Of a DNA stretch of 64,000 bases, positions 8,459-18,809 are shown in pieces; the stretch's first letter is position 1; the number at the start of each line of letters is the position of its first letter. This DNA comes from Actinomycetota bacterium. Lineage in GTDB: Bacteria > Actinomycetota > Actinomycetes > Actinomycetales > Microbacteriaceae. Both the position numbers and the translations under genes were made by a program. Under the pieces are notes generated by a model. The model searched no databases, was not told where the DNA came from, and saw only the letters and a list, made by a program, of their open reading frames with translations. The DNA is taken from assembly GCA_005778835.1 (NCBI GenBank), contig SXMG01000049.1, positions 1,746-65,745 on the forward strand. Reading direction: 5' to 3'.

Positions 8459-10603
8459 ATGGCCCAGACCGGCCAGCGTCAGAGAAAAGGGTCGTCGTCG
8501 AAGCAGACGTCGACGCGCCGTCGTCGACCGCTCGACGAGCAGGGAATCATCCCGATTCTCGCCCGCGCAGTGCGCGAGGTCGAGAACGCCGCCGAGCGCG
8601 GCGCGAAGGTGAGCCCCTCGAACCGCACGAAGTTCCAGGTCGCCGCTCTGCTCGTGCGCGAAGAGCGCGCCCGGGTGAAAGACGACCGCGAGGTGCCCGA
8701 GAGCGAGCGCGCCGAAGTGCTCAAGCGCCTCGACGGCCTCGCGAGCATCATGGCCAAGACGGCCGCGCGCGACACCTCGCTCATCGCCCTGCTGGCCCCG
8801 GAGGCGAAGGTCTCCGACGCCGCGAAGGCGCTGCGCCGCGACATGCTGCTCGCTTCAGGTGCTGAGCTCGAGCCGGATGACCTGCTCATCGTCTCGGAGC
8901 CGGAGCCCGTGGCTCCTGAGGTCGCGAAGCAGGTCGTGCCGAAGTCGGTCAAGCAGGCGCAGCTCGCCAACCCGTTCTTGGCCCCCGACCTCTCGGCTCT
9001 CAACCCGCAGCCCGTGTCGACGGCCGGTCGTCTCGCGAACTGGGAGCTCATCGAGCCCCTCTTCCGCTCGTTCGAGTACGGCGCGGGCGGGCAGTCGGCG
9101 TCGATGCCGCTGCCCGAGGCCGGCTCGCTCGCCACCCCCGGCGGCATGGATCTCATGCTCCACCAGTCGAAGCTCATCGAAGCGGTGCGGCGCGGGCACC
9201 GTACGTTCCTGCTCGCGGACGAGCCGGGCCTCGGCAAGACGGCGCAGGCGCTCATGGCCGCGAACGTCGCGAACGCGTTCCCGCTGCTCGTCGTCGTGCC
9301 CAACGTGGTGAAGACGAACTGGGCGCGCGAGGTGCAGCGCTGGATTCCGCAGCGCTCGGCGACGGTCGTGCACGGCGACGGCGACGACCTCGACGCCTTC
9401 AGCGACGTCGTCATCGTGAATTACGAGATTCTCGACCGCCACGTCGGCTGGCTCGGCCGGTTCGGCTTCAAGGGCATGGTCGTCGACGAGGCGCACTTCA
9501 TCAAGAACGCCACGTCGCAGCGCACTCGTCACGTGCAGGCGCTCGCGCAGAACGTGCGCGTGCTGCACCCGAAGGCGCTCATGATGGCGCTCACGGGCAC
9601 GCCGCTCATCAACCAGATCGAAGACTTCCGGATGATCTGGAAGTTCCTCGGCTGGATCGACGACAAGAAGCCTTTGGGCCGCCTGATGTCGTCGCTCGAA
9701 GACACCGGGCTCACCCCGGCTGATCCGGGCTTCTTCGCCGCCGCGCGACAGTGCGTCATCGAGATGGGCATCGTGCGCCGCAAGAAGGTGGATGTCGCTG
9801 CCGACATTCCCGCTCGTCGCATCGCCGACATCCCGGTCGAGCTCGACGACGACGTCGCACGGTCGATCCGCGCGTCGGAGGAGGCGCTCATCAACCGTCT
9901 GGTCGAGCGCTACCGCCGTGTCGTCGCAGCCCGCGAGGTGCCGCCGATCGGCATCGACCGCGAGCTCGTGCGGCTCGTCGCTTCGGCCGAGCTCGAAGAG
10001 TCGAAGCAAGCAGCGAACGGCGACAACGTGTTCACGATGGTGCGCAAGATCGGCACGGCGAAGGCCGTGCTCGCGGCGGACTACACGGCGCAGCTGGCCC
10101 GCAACGTCGGCAAGGTCGTCTTCTTCGCGAAGCACATCGACGTGATGGATGCCGCCGAGGCGCACTTCGCGAGCGTCGGCATGCGGTCGGTCAGCATTCG
10201 AGGCGATCAGTCGCCGAAGGCGCGGCAGGAAGCGATTGACGGCTTCACGAACGACCCTGAGGTCAGCGTGATCGTGTGCTCGCTGTCGGCCGCGGGCGTC
10301 GGCGTGAACCTGCAGGCCGCATCGAACGTCGTGCTTGCCGAGCTGTCGTGGACCTCAGCGGAGCAGACGCAGGCGATCGACCGCGTGCACCGCATCGGTC
10401 AAGAGCTGCCCGTCACGGCGTGGCGCATCCTCGCCGCGCAGACGATCGACGCCCGCATCGCCGACCTCATCGACGCGAAGGCGGGTCTCGCGGCCCGTGC
10501 GCTCGACGGGTCGGACGAGCAGGTCGCCGCCGAGGGCACCGTGCAGGTGCAGGCGCTCATCGCGCTGCTCACCGACGTGCTCGAGCAGCGCGCCGCCGCC
10601 TAG
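8459..10603 (+). CDS. SNF2-family helicase (conserved actinobacterial type)
   Basis: LLADEPGLGKT, DEAH, LTGTP, GVGVNLQ, QAIDRVHRIGQ; SD GGAGG just before ATG 8459. Confidence 0.88.
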   Translation: MAQTGQRQRKGSSSKQTSTRRRRPLDEQGIIPILARAVREVENAAERGAKVSPSNRTKFQVAALLVREERARVKDDREVPESERAEVLKRLDGLASIMAKTAARDTSLIALLAPEAKVSDAAKALRRDMLLASGAELEPDDLLIVSEPEPVAPEVAKQVVPKSVKQAQLANPFLAPDLSALNPQPVSTAGRLANWELIEPLFRSFEYGAGGQSASMPLPEAGSLATPGGMDLMLHQSKLIEAVRRGHRTFLLADEPGLGKTAQALMAANVANAFPLLVVVPNVVKTNWAREVQRWIPQRSATVVHGDGDDLDAFSDVVIVNYEILDRHVGWLGRFGFKGMVVDEAHFIKNATSQRTRHVQALAQNVRVLHPKALMMALTGTPLINQIEDFRMIWKFLGWIDDKKPLGRLMSSLEDTGLTPADPGFFAAARQCVIEMGIVRRKKVDVAADIPARRIADIPVELDDDVARSIRASEEALINRLVERYRRVVAAREVPPIGIDRELVRLVASAELEESKQAANGDNVFTMVRKIGTAKAVLAADYTAQLARNVGKVVFFAKHIDVMDAAEAHFASVGMRSVSIRGDQSPKARQEAIDGFTNDPEVSVIVCSLSAAGVGVNLQAASNVVLAELSWTSAEQTQAIDRVHRIGQELPVTAWRILAAQTIDARIADLIDAKAGLAARALDGSDEQVAAEGTVQVQALIALLTDVLEQRAAA

Positions 10604-11124
10604 TCGCGCAGGGCCGAGCAGTGGTCGGCCTGTCGCAGTGCGACCGCCCGACTGACGGCTTGCCGATCTCCGCTGAGGTAATCAGCGGTGCTCCAGTGGA
10701 TGACAGGGTTGCACGGCATGGCGATGCCCCACCGCCGCGCGATCAGTGCGGGGCGCGGAGTGCGCGGCGTGTTGGCGGGTACGACAATGTGCAGCGGCTG
10801 CGGAACACTCACCGCAGAGATCGCGATTCCGGCCTCCTTCGCTTGATGCAGGTCGAGTGCGCTCACGCACGCGAGCGGCCCACCCAACCGCCACGCGAGA
10901 CGAATCACATCGGGCAGTCTCGGCGAGCAGTGCCACCCTTGTCGCACTGCTTGCAGCGAGCCGTAGTCGCGATACAGCTCGAGAGTCGTTTGGTCGATGC
11001 CGAGTTGTCGAAGCTCGCGAGTCGACACGATGCCGCCTCGCTGTCGGAGCAGTGACGCGACGGACGGGCGCAGGTGCCCCGTGCCCGTGGGTCGCCCTGT
11101 TCGCTTGTTGACCGGTCGTAGCAT
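10600..11124 (-). CDS. AbiEi-type wHTH protein (Rv1482c-like N-terminus, short)
   Basis: GGIVSTRELRQLG...VRQGWH...GGPLACVSAL; no obvious C-terminal DUF559 nuclease. Confidence 0.6.
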   Translation of the reverse strand: MLRPVNKRTGRPTGTGHLRPSVASLLRQRGGIVSTRELRQLGIDQTTLELYRDYGSLQAVRQGWHCSPRLPDVIRLAWRLGGPLACVSALDLHQAKEAGIAISAVSVPQPLHIVVPANTPRTPRPALIARRWGIAMPCNPVIHWSTADYLSGDRQAVSRAVALRQADHCSALRD

Positions 11125-11278
11125 GGCTCCAGCCTGCAGACGCGTTGGCCCGATTCGTCTACCGTCACGGCGTCGGTGAACTTACCCCTGCCGACCTCGA
11201 GCAGTGGAGGAGTCAGTGCCGTGTCGAGAGGCCGGCTCGCACGAACCCCGACGAGTCCAGCCGGACGTGTTTCCCCGC

Positions 11279-11342
11279 AGACTCCCGAATTGTAGGAAGT
11301 TCCGGAGCGCCGTGTAGCTGCGTTCCTACAGTTCGGGAGTCT
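11279..11342. repeat. REP-like inverted repeat (CTCCYGAATTGT family)
   Basis: AGACTCCCGAATTGTAGGAA 11279-11298 pairs with TTCCTACAGTTCGGGAGTCT 11323-11342. Confidence 0.75.
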
Positions 11343-11391
11343 CTGAGGGAGGGCGGTTGGTGGCGCAACGTGGGGGATCGGGGCGCGGGGC

Positions 11392-12735
11392 TCAGCGGTG
11401 GGCGGCGCGCTCGGGCGCGGCGAGGGCGGCGACAGCGGCGAGGGGGATCGGCAACCACGAGGGGCGGTTGCGCGCCTCGTACATCGCCTCGTAGACCGCC
11501 TTGTCGAGCTCGAAAGCGTCGAGTAGCGATTGGTGGGCGGCGAGATCGAGACCGCTCGCGCTCGCATAGCCCTCGAGGAAGGCCCCGCGCGCGGCCCGTG
11601 CCCAGGATGCTCGCGCGACGTCGTCGAGCATCGCACCCGCGCCTCCCGGAGCCCCCGTGTTGCGCAGCGAGCCCACGACGTAGTCGAACGAGCGCAGCAT
11701 GCCCGCGATGTCGCGCAGGGGCGAATCGACGCGCGCGCGCTCGGCAAGTGGCCTCAGCGGTTCGCCCTCGAAGTCGACGAGCAGCCACTCGCCCGACTGG
11801 CGCCGCAGCACCTGGCCGAGGTGGAAGTCGCCGTGGATGCGCTGCAGGGGCGGCCACGCCGCCTCGCGCGCGGCGTCGTAGACCGCCTCGATCGCCGGAC
11901 GCAGCTCGCGCAGCTCGGGCACGTCGGAGGTCGCGATCGCGAGCCGCTGATACCAGCCCGCGACGAAGCCGACGATGTCGCCGAGCGACGCCTCGCGCGA
12001 CGGCAGGCACTCGGCGAGGGCCGTGTGCACTTCAGCCGTGACGCGGCCGAGTCGCTCGGCGTCGTCGGCCCACGACTCGTCGGCGGCCGCCGCCTCGAGC
12101 GCGAGCGGCCAGCCGTCGCGCACACCCGGCACGAATTCTTGCGCGAACGCGATGTGGCCGGTCGACGGCTCATCCGAGTGCGTGTGCGACCCGAGCGGGT
12201 CGACCCAGGTCGCTTCGAGCGAGCCGAGCATGCGCGGCACCGAGCGATTGCCGACCGAGGTGAGCGCCGTCTGCAGCACCACGTCGGGGTTCTCGCCCGC
12301 GTGCACGAGCCGGAAGAGCTTCACGACGAGCGGCGCATCCCCGCCCGCATCGAAGATGATCGACGTGTTCGACTGCTCGCCCGTGTGCACGCGCGACGAC
12401 TCGTCGGCCCGCTGCACGCCCAACCGGGCGAGCAGCTCGTGCGTGTAGGTCTCATCGTGCGCGGCGTCGAACAGGTAGTCGTCGTTCTCGTCGCGGCCGA
12501 TGAACGTGCGACCAGAGCCGCGGGGGATCGTCGTGCGCAGCACGAGCGGCACGTGGTACAGCGACGGCGGATTGTTCGCCATGTCTCGCACCAGCAGCAC
12601 CACGATGCGAGCATCCGGGTCGGCGCACGGCCACTCGTCGCGCGCGACCTCGGCGAGCTCGGGAATGCGCCCCTTGCCCGCGTACCACCGCTGGCGAGAC
12701 ATCCAGTCGGTGAGGCACTCCAGCGTGCTGTGCAT
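11392..12735 (-). CDS. mak: Maltokinase (Mak/Pep2-like)
   Basis: RQRWYAGKG, EQSNTS, VKLFR, RIHGDFHLGQVL, DFEGEP, PLRDIAGMLRSFDY, KAVYE. Confidence 0.85.
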   Translation of the reverse strand: MHSTLECLTDWMSRQRWYAGKGRIPELAEVARDEWPCADPDARIVVLLVRDMANNPPSLYHVPLVLRTTIPRGSGRTFIGRDENDDYLFDAAHDETYTHELLARLGVQRADESSRVHTGEQSNTSIIFDAGGDAPLVVKLFRLVHAGENPDVVLQTALTSVGNRSVPRMLGSLEATWVDPLGSHTHSDEPSTGHIAFAQEFVPGVRDGWPLALEAAAADESWADDAERLGRVTAEVHTALAECLPSREASLGDIVGFVAGWYQRLAIATSDVPELRELRPAIEAVYDAAREAAWPPLQRIHGDFHLGQVLRRQSGEWLLVDFEGEPLRPLAERARVDSPLRDIAGMLRSFDYVVGSLRNTGAPGGAGAMLDDVARASWARAARGAFLEGYASASGLDLAAHQSLLDAFELDKAVYEAMYEARNRPSWLPIPLAAVAALAAPERAAHR

Positions 12736-12769
12736 ACTTCGACCCTACACACGGCGGGCGAGGCGACGG

Positions 12770-13642
12770 TCAGGTGCGTCGCGCGTGCAAGAAGCCGTTC
12801 ATCGCGGCCGAGAGCGCAGCATCCACCGCCATCGGCACACCGTCGACCGCGCGCACGGGGGCGGCATGCCGCACGCTCGAGACCAGCCAGGCCGCATCGG
12901 CAGCGCGCAGGTCGTCGGGAGTGAGCGGCTCGACGACCGCCTCGAGCCCCCACTGCGATGCCGCGGCGAAGAGGTCGGCCTGGGTCGTGCCGGGCAGGAT
13001 TCCCACGTCGTCGGGCGGCGTCGACCAGCGTTTGCCGCGCTTGAGCACCACGGTCGAGGTCGGCCCCTCGAGCAGCTGCCCGTCGGTCGAGACGAAGATC
13101 ACGTCGTCGGCACCACGGCGCTGCGCCTCGCGCACCGCGGCGCGATTGACCGCGTACGACAGCGTCTTCGCGCCCGCCAGTAGCCACGGGCTCGACTGCG
13201 CGACATCGCTGCGGTAGCCGCGGTCGAGCAGGGCGACGCTGAGGCCCTCGGTGCGCTCGCGCCGGAAGTCGGGCGACACGGTGCCGTAGACCCACCCCGT
13301 CGGCAGCGGCTGCCCTTCGACCCCGCGCGAGAGCACCGTCTTGACCCAGGCCTCGTCGTGGTCGGCGAACCGCTCGGCCACGGCGATGATCGCGTCTCGC
13401 CAGATGCCGCGATCGGGCGCCGGCAGGTCGAGCATGCGCGCCGAGCGCTCGAAGCGCGTCAGGTGCGCTTCGAGCGCCTGCGAGTGGCCCTGCACGACGC
13501 TGAGCGTCTCGAAGATGCCGTCACCGCGCGTCGCCGCGACATCCATGACCGCGAGCTGCGGATGCTCGGCATCAGCCTCGACCAGGTGCGCAGCCGCGTC
13601 GGCTCCGGTGTGCACGACGAGCAGCAGGTGCGCAGAAGTCAT
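12770..13642 (-). CDS. Class IV PLP aminotransferase (4-amino-4-deoxychorismate lyase-like)
   Basis: RGDGIFETL, AKTLSYAVN, LEGPTS, ILPGTT, SSVR. Confidence 0.85.
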   Translation of the reverse strand: MTSAHLLLVVHTGADAAAHLVEADAEHPQLAVMDVAATRGDGIFETLSVVQGHSQALEAHLTRFERSARMLDLPAPDRGIWRDAIIAVAERFADHDEAWVKTVLSRGVEGQPLPTGWVYGTVSPDFRRERTEGLSVALLDRGYRSDVAQSSPWLLAGAKTLSYAVNRAAVREAQRRGADDVIFVSTDGQLLEGPTSTVVLKRGKRWSTPPDDVGILPGTTQADLFAAASQWGLEAVVEPLTPDDLRAADAAWLVSSVRHAAPVRAVDGVPMAVDAALSAAMNGFLHARRT

Positions 13643-13848
13643 GCGCTGAAGGTATACCCGCAGTCGTCGCTGCGGCACTCGAAGCCCGGCGGGTCTGCGT
13701 CATGCACGACACCGCCCAGGGCGATCTCGCCGCGCAGAGCAGCGCGGATGTGGGACGGCTCGGGGTAGCCGTAATGCAAGGGGAGTGCTCCGTCGGTTCC
13801 GCATCGCGGACACGTCGCCACTCCCGGCCCAGGGGCGGTGTCGTTCAT
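13639..13848 (-). CDS. Small putative Zn-binding protein
   Basis: CPRCG...YGYP...IALGG...CRSDDCG; 4-nt overlap with the downstream start. Confidence 0.6.
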   Translation of the reverse strand: MNDTAPGPGVATCPRCGTDGALPLHYGYPEPSHIRAALRGEIALGGVVHDADPPGFECRSDDCGYTFSA

Positions 13849-13885
13849 GATCTCAGTGGAGCGCGCACCACTGACAAACCAAGAA

Positions 13886-14626
13886 TCAGCGCAGATCGGC
13901 GCGTACTACCGGTATCTCGCCGGTGTTGCGCCGACCGTGCCCGACTCCGCGCACGCCGCGCGTGTGCACTCGGTTGATGAGAACTGCGAGAGCCGCCAAG
14001 ACGATGATGAAGGCGGCGATGCCGACCACGTAGGTCACGACACCCATGACCCCGTTTGGCCCGTCGGGCTCGAGGAACGGGTAGGGGTACCAGCCCGTGA
14101 ACTCTCCGCGCAGCATCGTGACGCCGACCCAGATGAGCGGGTAGCTCACGGCGAGCCACATCGTCTTCCAGCCGATGCGCACGCGCCCGGGGGTGAGCAG
14201 CCAGTCGAGGGCGATGTAGATCGGAATCCACACGTGCAGCGACTCGTTCGGCCAGACCGGCCCCACGTAGCCGTCGTCGTTCGGCACATCGCGCAGCAGC
14301 AGGTTGTAGACGACGCCCGTGACGATCGCATACGAGAAGATGCTCGCGCGGATCGCCGTGTAGAGCCGGGTGTCGCGGTCGAGCCGGAAGGCCATGATGC
14401 CGCCCGCGATGAGCACGACGATGTTGATCATCGCGGTCTGAATGGTGAAGAACGCGAAGTACTCGGTCGGCTCGAATCGACCGACCGAGATCTGGTCAGT
14501 GATCTGCGTGATCAGCGCGCCGAGAATCAGCAGGCCTGCGACGAGGCTGATGATGCCGGCGATGTGTCGAAGGGTGGAGAGTCGGGCAGCGGCGGCTTTT
14601 TCGCCGAGGGGGGAGGGCGCACTCAC
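13886..14626 (-). CDS. Pr6Pr / FAR-17a-AIG1-like membrane protein
   Basis: YFAFFTIQT, LH, WYPYPFL and about six TM helices. Confidence 0.8.
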   Translation of the reverse strand: MSAPSPLGEKAAAARLSTLRHIAGIISLVAGLLILGALITQITDQISVGRFEPTEYFAFFTIQTAMINIVVLIAGGIMAFRLDRDTRLYTAIRASIFSYAIVTGVVYNLLLRDVPNDDGYVGPVWPNESLHVWIPIYIALDWLLTPGRVRIGWKTMWLAVSYPLIWVGVTMLRGEFTGWYPYPFLEPDGPNGVMGVVTYVVGIAAFIIVLAALAVLINRVHTRGVRGVGHGRRNTGEIPVVRADLR

Positions 14627-14711
14627 TCGATCGACGGTAGCAAGATTCGTCGATGCGCACGCATCTTTTTGGCGAGCATCCCTCGTCTGATCGGCCTCTT
14701 TATCGAGACGT

Positions 14712-16916
14712 TCAGCTTTCGTGCGACTCGTCGGCAGCCAGGCCGAGCACGTCGAGCAGCCAGGCGAGCTCGATGGCCCGCTGCTTCCAGGCCGAGTAGC
14801 GGCCGCTCACGCCGCCGTGCCCGGCCTCCATCTCGCAGCGCAGCACGGCGTCGGCGCCGACGTCGCGCAGCCGGGCGACCCACTTGGCCGGCTCGACGTA
14901 GAGCACGCGCGTGTCGTTGAGGCTCGTGACGGCGAGAATGCGCGGGTAGAGCTGCTCGGTCACGTTCTCGTAGGGCGAGTAGGCCTTCATGTAGGCATAA
15001 ACGTCCGCATCGTCGAGCGGGTTGCCCCACTCGTCCCACTCGATCACGGTGAGCGGCAGCTCGGGCATGAGGATGCTCGTGAGCGGGTCGACGAACGGCA
15101 CGTCGGCGAGAATGCCGGCGAACAGCTGCGGCGCGAGGTTCGCGACAGCGCCCATGAGCAAGCCTCCCGCGCTGCCGCCCTCGGCGACGAGGCGGTCGGG
15201 GGCCGTCACGCCGGTGTCGACGAGGTGCTGCGCGACCGCGATGAAGTCGGTGAAGGTGTTCGTCTTCGTGAGCGTCTTGCCGTTCTCGTACCAGGCGCGG
15301 CCCAGCTCGCCGCCGCCGCGCACGTGCGCGATCGCGAAGACGACGCCGCGGTCGAGCATCGACAGGCGCGGGATGCTGAAGCCGGGGTCGATGCTCGCTT
15401 CATACGACCCGTAGCCGTAGAGGTGAGTTGCCCGTGGCCCCGCACTGTCGTCACCGTCGAGCCGCCCGCCCCTGCCTTTGCGCCACACGAGCGAGATCGG
15501 CACGCGCGTGCCGTCGGCCGCGACCGCCCACTCGCGCCGCTCGGCGTAGTCGGCCGACGAGTATCCGCCGAGCACGGGCTGCTGCTTGAGCACGGTGACG
15601 GCGGCGGCGCCCTCGGCGAGCCGGGCGACGTCGAGGCTCGCCACGGTCGCGGGCTCGGTGAAGCTCGCGTAGCCGATGCGGAGCGTGGGCTGATTCCACT
15701 CGGGGTTGCCGCGGGCGCCGATGCTGAGCAGCTTCGCACTGTCGGCGAGCGGCACGACGATGTCGTTCCACTCGAGCGGCGAGCCATCCAGGCGTGCGAT
15801 CGCCGTGGCGGGCAATCCGTCGCGCCGGTAGTCGAGCACCAGGAAGCGTGCGAAGGCATCGATGCCCTCGACCCGCCGACCGGCCTCGTGCGGGATGAGG
15901 GTCTCGGGCGGCGCGAGGGGAGCATCCACGGGCACAGCGACGATCTGGAAATCGGGGGCGTTGTCGTTGTGAGTGATGAGCCACAGGTCGCGGCCGTCGA
16001 TGACGGCGTGGTCGAGGTCGTACTCGACTCCGGCGCGGCGCGGCCAGACGACCGCGAACTCTCCCTCGGGCGTCGACGCGTCGAGCGCGCGGGCCTCGCT
16101 CGTGATGCTGCTCGACGCCTCGATGATGAGGTACCTGCCGCTGCGGGTGCGGCCGGCGCCGACCCAGAAGCCGTCGTCGGGCTCGTGGAAGACGGCCACG
16201 TCGTCGGCGGGGTCGGTGCCGACGCGGTGCCGCCAGACGGTGTCGGGCCGCCACGACTCGTCGACTGTCGTGTAGAAGACGTACTGCCCGCTGGGGTCGA
16301 AGAACGCCCCGCCCGCGGTCTGCTCGATCGTGTCGGGCAGCGTCTCGCCCGTGACGAGGCTGCGGATGCGCAGTGTGTAGCGCTCGTCGCCCTCGGTGTC
16401 GACGCCGAACAGCAGCCAGTTGCCGTCGTCGCTGACGTCGAGCGAGCCGAGCGAGAAGAAGTCGTGACCCTCGGCTTCGACGTTGCTGTCGATGACGATC
16501 TGCTCGCCCTCGCGGGGCTGACTCGGGTCGTCGAGCGGCGGCGGGGGAGCCCAGACCGCCGGATCGTCGGGGTTCGCCGGATCGATCGGCACCGCGGGCA
16601 CGCGGCACTGGATGCCGTACTGCAGCCCCTCGACCGTGCGGCCGTAGTACCACCAGTCACCCTCCCGCACGGGAATGCCCATGTCGGTCTCGAGCGTGCG
16701 CGCGGTGATCTCGCCCACGATCGTGTCGCGCAGACCCTCGAGGTGAGCCATGCGCGCATCGGCATACGCGTTCTCGGCCGTCAGGTGGGCGATGACCTCG
16801 GGGTCGTCTTTCGCCCGCAACCACTCGTAGGGGTCGAGCACGACGTCGCCGTGGTGCTCGCGACGATGCGGCTTCTGCGGCGGGTGGGGAGGGTTCGGCA
16901 GGAAAGAAGTGCTCAC
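14712..16916 (-). CDS. ptrB: Oligopeptidase B (S9A)
   Basis: DPYEWLR, YGYGSYE, HVRGGGELG, GGSAGG nucleophile, DTRV, GHGG; GTG 16916 follows TACGCT-N6. Confidence 0.92.
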   Translation of the reverse strand: MSTSFLPNPPHPPQKPHRREHHGDVVLDPYEWLRAKDDPEVIAHLTAENAYADARMAHLEGLRDTIVGEITARTLETDMGIPVREGDWWYYGRTVEGLQYGIQCRVPAVPIDPANPDDPAVWAPPPPLDDPSQPREGEQIVIDSNVEAEGHDFFSLGSLDVSDDGNWLLFGVDTEGDERYTLRIRSLVTGETLPDTIEQTAGGAFFDPSGQYVFYTTVDESWRPDTVWRHRVGTDPADDVAVFHEPDDGFWVGAGRTRSGRYLIIEASSSITSEARALDASTPEGEFAVVWPRRAGVEYDLDHAVIDGRDLWLITHNDNAPDFQIVAVPVDAPLAPPETLIPHEAGRRVEGIDAFARFLVLDYRRDGLPATAIARLDGSPLEWNDIVVPLADSAKLLSIGARGNPEWNQPTLRIGYASFTEPATVASLDVARLAEGAAAVTVLKQQPVLGGYSSADYAERREWAVAADGTRVPISLVWRKGRGGRLDGDDSAGPRATHLYGYGSYEASIDPGFSIPRLSMLDRGVVFAIAHVRGGGELGRAWYENGKTLTKTNTFTDFIAVAQHLVDTGVTAPDRLVAEGGSAGGLLMGAVANLAPQLFAGILADVPFVDPLTSILMPELPLTVIEWDEWGNPLDDADVYAYMKAYSPYENVTEQLYPRILAVTSLNDTRVLYVEPAKWVARLRDVGADAVLRCEMEAGHGGVSGRYSAWKQRAIELAWLLDVLGLAADESHES

Positions 16917-17005
16917 CTGCACAGCGTAGGCGGCGGGCGAACCTGGCAGTTCGCCTGGCTCCGTAGGTGATCGGGCCGGATGCTGTCACCGTTGTCGCCG
17001 CACCA

Positions 17006-17112
17006 CTGTCCCCAGACCTCGGACTCCCCATCATCGCCTCGCCCATCGCGCGAGGCTGACCCGGAGTCGCCGAGGGCGCCGTCTCCTCTCGTGCTTGAGC
17101 GACGGAGGACAG
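17006..17112 (+). ncRNA. Candidate cis-regulatory leader RNA, copy 1
   Basis: P1 CTGTCC/GGACAG; P2 CCTCG-GACTCC / GGAGTC-GC-CGAGG; P3 CCGTC/GACGG; the SD overlaps P1/P3; second copy at 21708-21809. Confidence 0.65.
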
Positions 17113-17117
17113 CCCCT

Positions 17118-18809
17118 GTGACCATTACCCATCCCGCCCTGGCGGCCGCGCATCCGCGCCGCTACTCGGTCGACGACGACGTCGCCCACGTGCCGGTGAA
17201 CGCGTCGATCCGCTCACCCTCAGTGCTGCTCTTCATCCTGCTGGCGCTGCTGGGCGCCCTCGCCTACGCGATCTTCCTCTTCAACCCCGACAACCGCGGA
17301 GACCTGCTGCCGTTCGCCCTGGTGGTCGTCGCCGAAGTAGTGCTCATCAGCCACGCGCTCGTCGCGCTCTGGACGATTCTCTCGGGCGGGCAAGACCCGC
17401 GAGGCTTCGCCTTTCACCAGGCCCAGAACGATCTGTTCGATGTGGATGCTGATTCCGACCCCGTCGTCGCTCGAGCACCCGAGCTCTGGCCCATGCGTCT
17501 CGACGACGCGGCGGCGACGGTCGACGTCTTCATCACCGTCTACGGCGAGCCCCTCGACGTCATCGAGCGCACGGCGCGTGCCGCGGTGGCGATGCACGGC
17601 GAGCATGCGACCTGGATTCTCGACGACGGGCGCTCCGACGACGTGCGCGATCTCGCCGCCGAGGTCGGCGCGCGTTACATCCGCCGGCTCAGCAACAACG
17701 GGGCCAAGGCGGGCAACGTGAATCACGCCCTCAGCATCACGTCGGGCGACTACTTTGCCATCTTCGACGCCGACTTCGTGCCGGCGCCCGAGTTCCTCTA
17801 CGAGACGCTGCCGTTCTTCTGCGACGAGAAGGTCGCCTTCGTGCAGACCCCGCAGGCCTACGGCAACAGCTCGACGCTCATCGCCCGGGGCGCGGCGTTC
17901 ATGCAGTCGCTCTTCTACCGTTTCGTGCAACCCGGCCGCAACAGCTTCAACGCCGCGTTCTGCGTAGGCACCAACGTGATCTTCCGGCGCACGGCGATCG
18001 AGAACGTCGGCGGCATGTACACCGACTCGCAGTCAGAAGACGTCTGGACCTCGCTCATGCTGCACGAGCGCGGGTGGACCTCGATCTACATCCCGATCGT
18101 GCTCGCCGTGGGCGATGCGCCCGAGACGATCGAGGACTACACGAAGCAGCAGATGCGCTGGGCGACCGGCGGCTTCGAGATTCTGCTCACCCGCAATCCG
18201 CTGAATCCGCGGCGTCGCCTCACACCCGATCAGCGCATCCAGTACCTCGTCACGGCCACGCACTACTTCATCGGCATCGTGCCCCTGCTGCTGCTGCTCG
18301 TGCCGCCGCTCTCGATCTACTTCGACCTGCGGCCCGTCAACCTCAGCGTGACCGGCGCCGAGTGGCTGCTGTTCTACTTCGGGTTCTACGGCATGCAGAT
18401 TCTGCTCGCCTTCGCGACGATGGGCTCGTTTCGCTGGGAGACCCTCATGCTCGCGGCGGTCTCGTTCCCGATCTATCTGCGCGCGTTCGTCAACGTGCTG
18501 ACCGGGCGTCGTCAGCGCTGGCACGTCACGGGCGGTCAGCGGCGGCGCAGTTCGCCCTTCAACGTCATGGTCTCGCAGACCCTGTTCTTCGTCTTCCTCG
18601 CCCTCACCTCGGTCGTGGCGATCTACAAAGACCTCGGCAACGGCGCGCTCACGCTGGCCACCGCGTGGAACGTCACCAACACCCTCATCATCGGCGCGTT
18701 CATCGTCACGGCGGTGATCGAAGCGCGCCGCATCCGTCTCGAGCAGCGCGAACGCAAGCGCGCCGTGTTCGTTCCCACTCGTCGCAGTCAGAAAGAAGCC
18801 ATCTCATGA
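17118..18809 (+). CDS. Processive GT2 beta-glucan synthase (BcsA/CrdS/BgsA-like), no PilZ
   Basis: DDG, KAGN, FDAD, QTPQ, FCVGT, SED, QQMRW (QxxRW); N- and C-terminal TMs; GGAGG before GTG 17118. Confidence 0.88.
   Translation: MTITHPALAAAHPRRYSVDDDVAHVPVNASIRSPSVLLFILLALLGALAYAIFLFNPDNRGDLLPFALVVVAEVVLISHALVALWTILSGGQDPRGFAFHQAQNDLFDVDADSDPVVARAPELWPMRLDDAAATVDVFITVYGEPLDVIERTARAAVAMHGEHATWILDDGRSDDVRDLAAEVGARYIRRLSNNGAKAGNVNHALSITSGDYFAIFDADFVPAPEFLYETLPFFCDEKVAFVQTPQAYGNSSTLIARGAAFMQSLFYRFVQPGRNSFNAAFCVGTNVIFRRTAIENVGGMYTDSQSEDVWTSLMLHERGWTSIYIPIVLAVGDAPETIEDYTKQQMRWATGGFEILLTRNPLNPRRRLTPDQRIQYLVTATHYFIGIVPLLLLLVPPLSIYFDLRPVNLSVTGAEWLLFYFGFYGMQILLAFATMGSFRWETLMLAAVSFPIYLRAFVNVLTGRRQRWHVTGGQRRRSSPFNVMVSQTLFFVFLALTSVVAIYKDLGNGALTLATAWNVTNTLIIGAFIVTAVIEARRIRLEQRERKRAVFVPTRRSQKEAIS

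Noticed and set aside
8459-10603. SNF2 helicase as a defence gene
   Set aside because: Host-like composition and housekeeping neighbours; not linked to the island
14721-16970. 749-aa plus-strand ORF (also 40715-42949 and 44809-46746 on minus, and similar long ORFs)
   Set aside because: Antisense or off-frame shadows of well-supported genes, expected in high-GC DNA; no motifs
17006-17112. Known c-di-GMP or c-di-AMP riboswitch
   Set aside because: I could not find their consensus elements by eye; an Rfam scan is still needed
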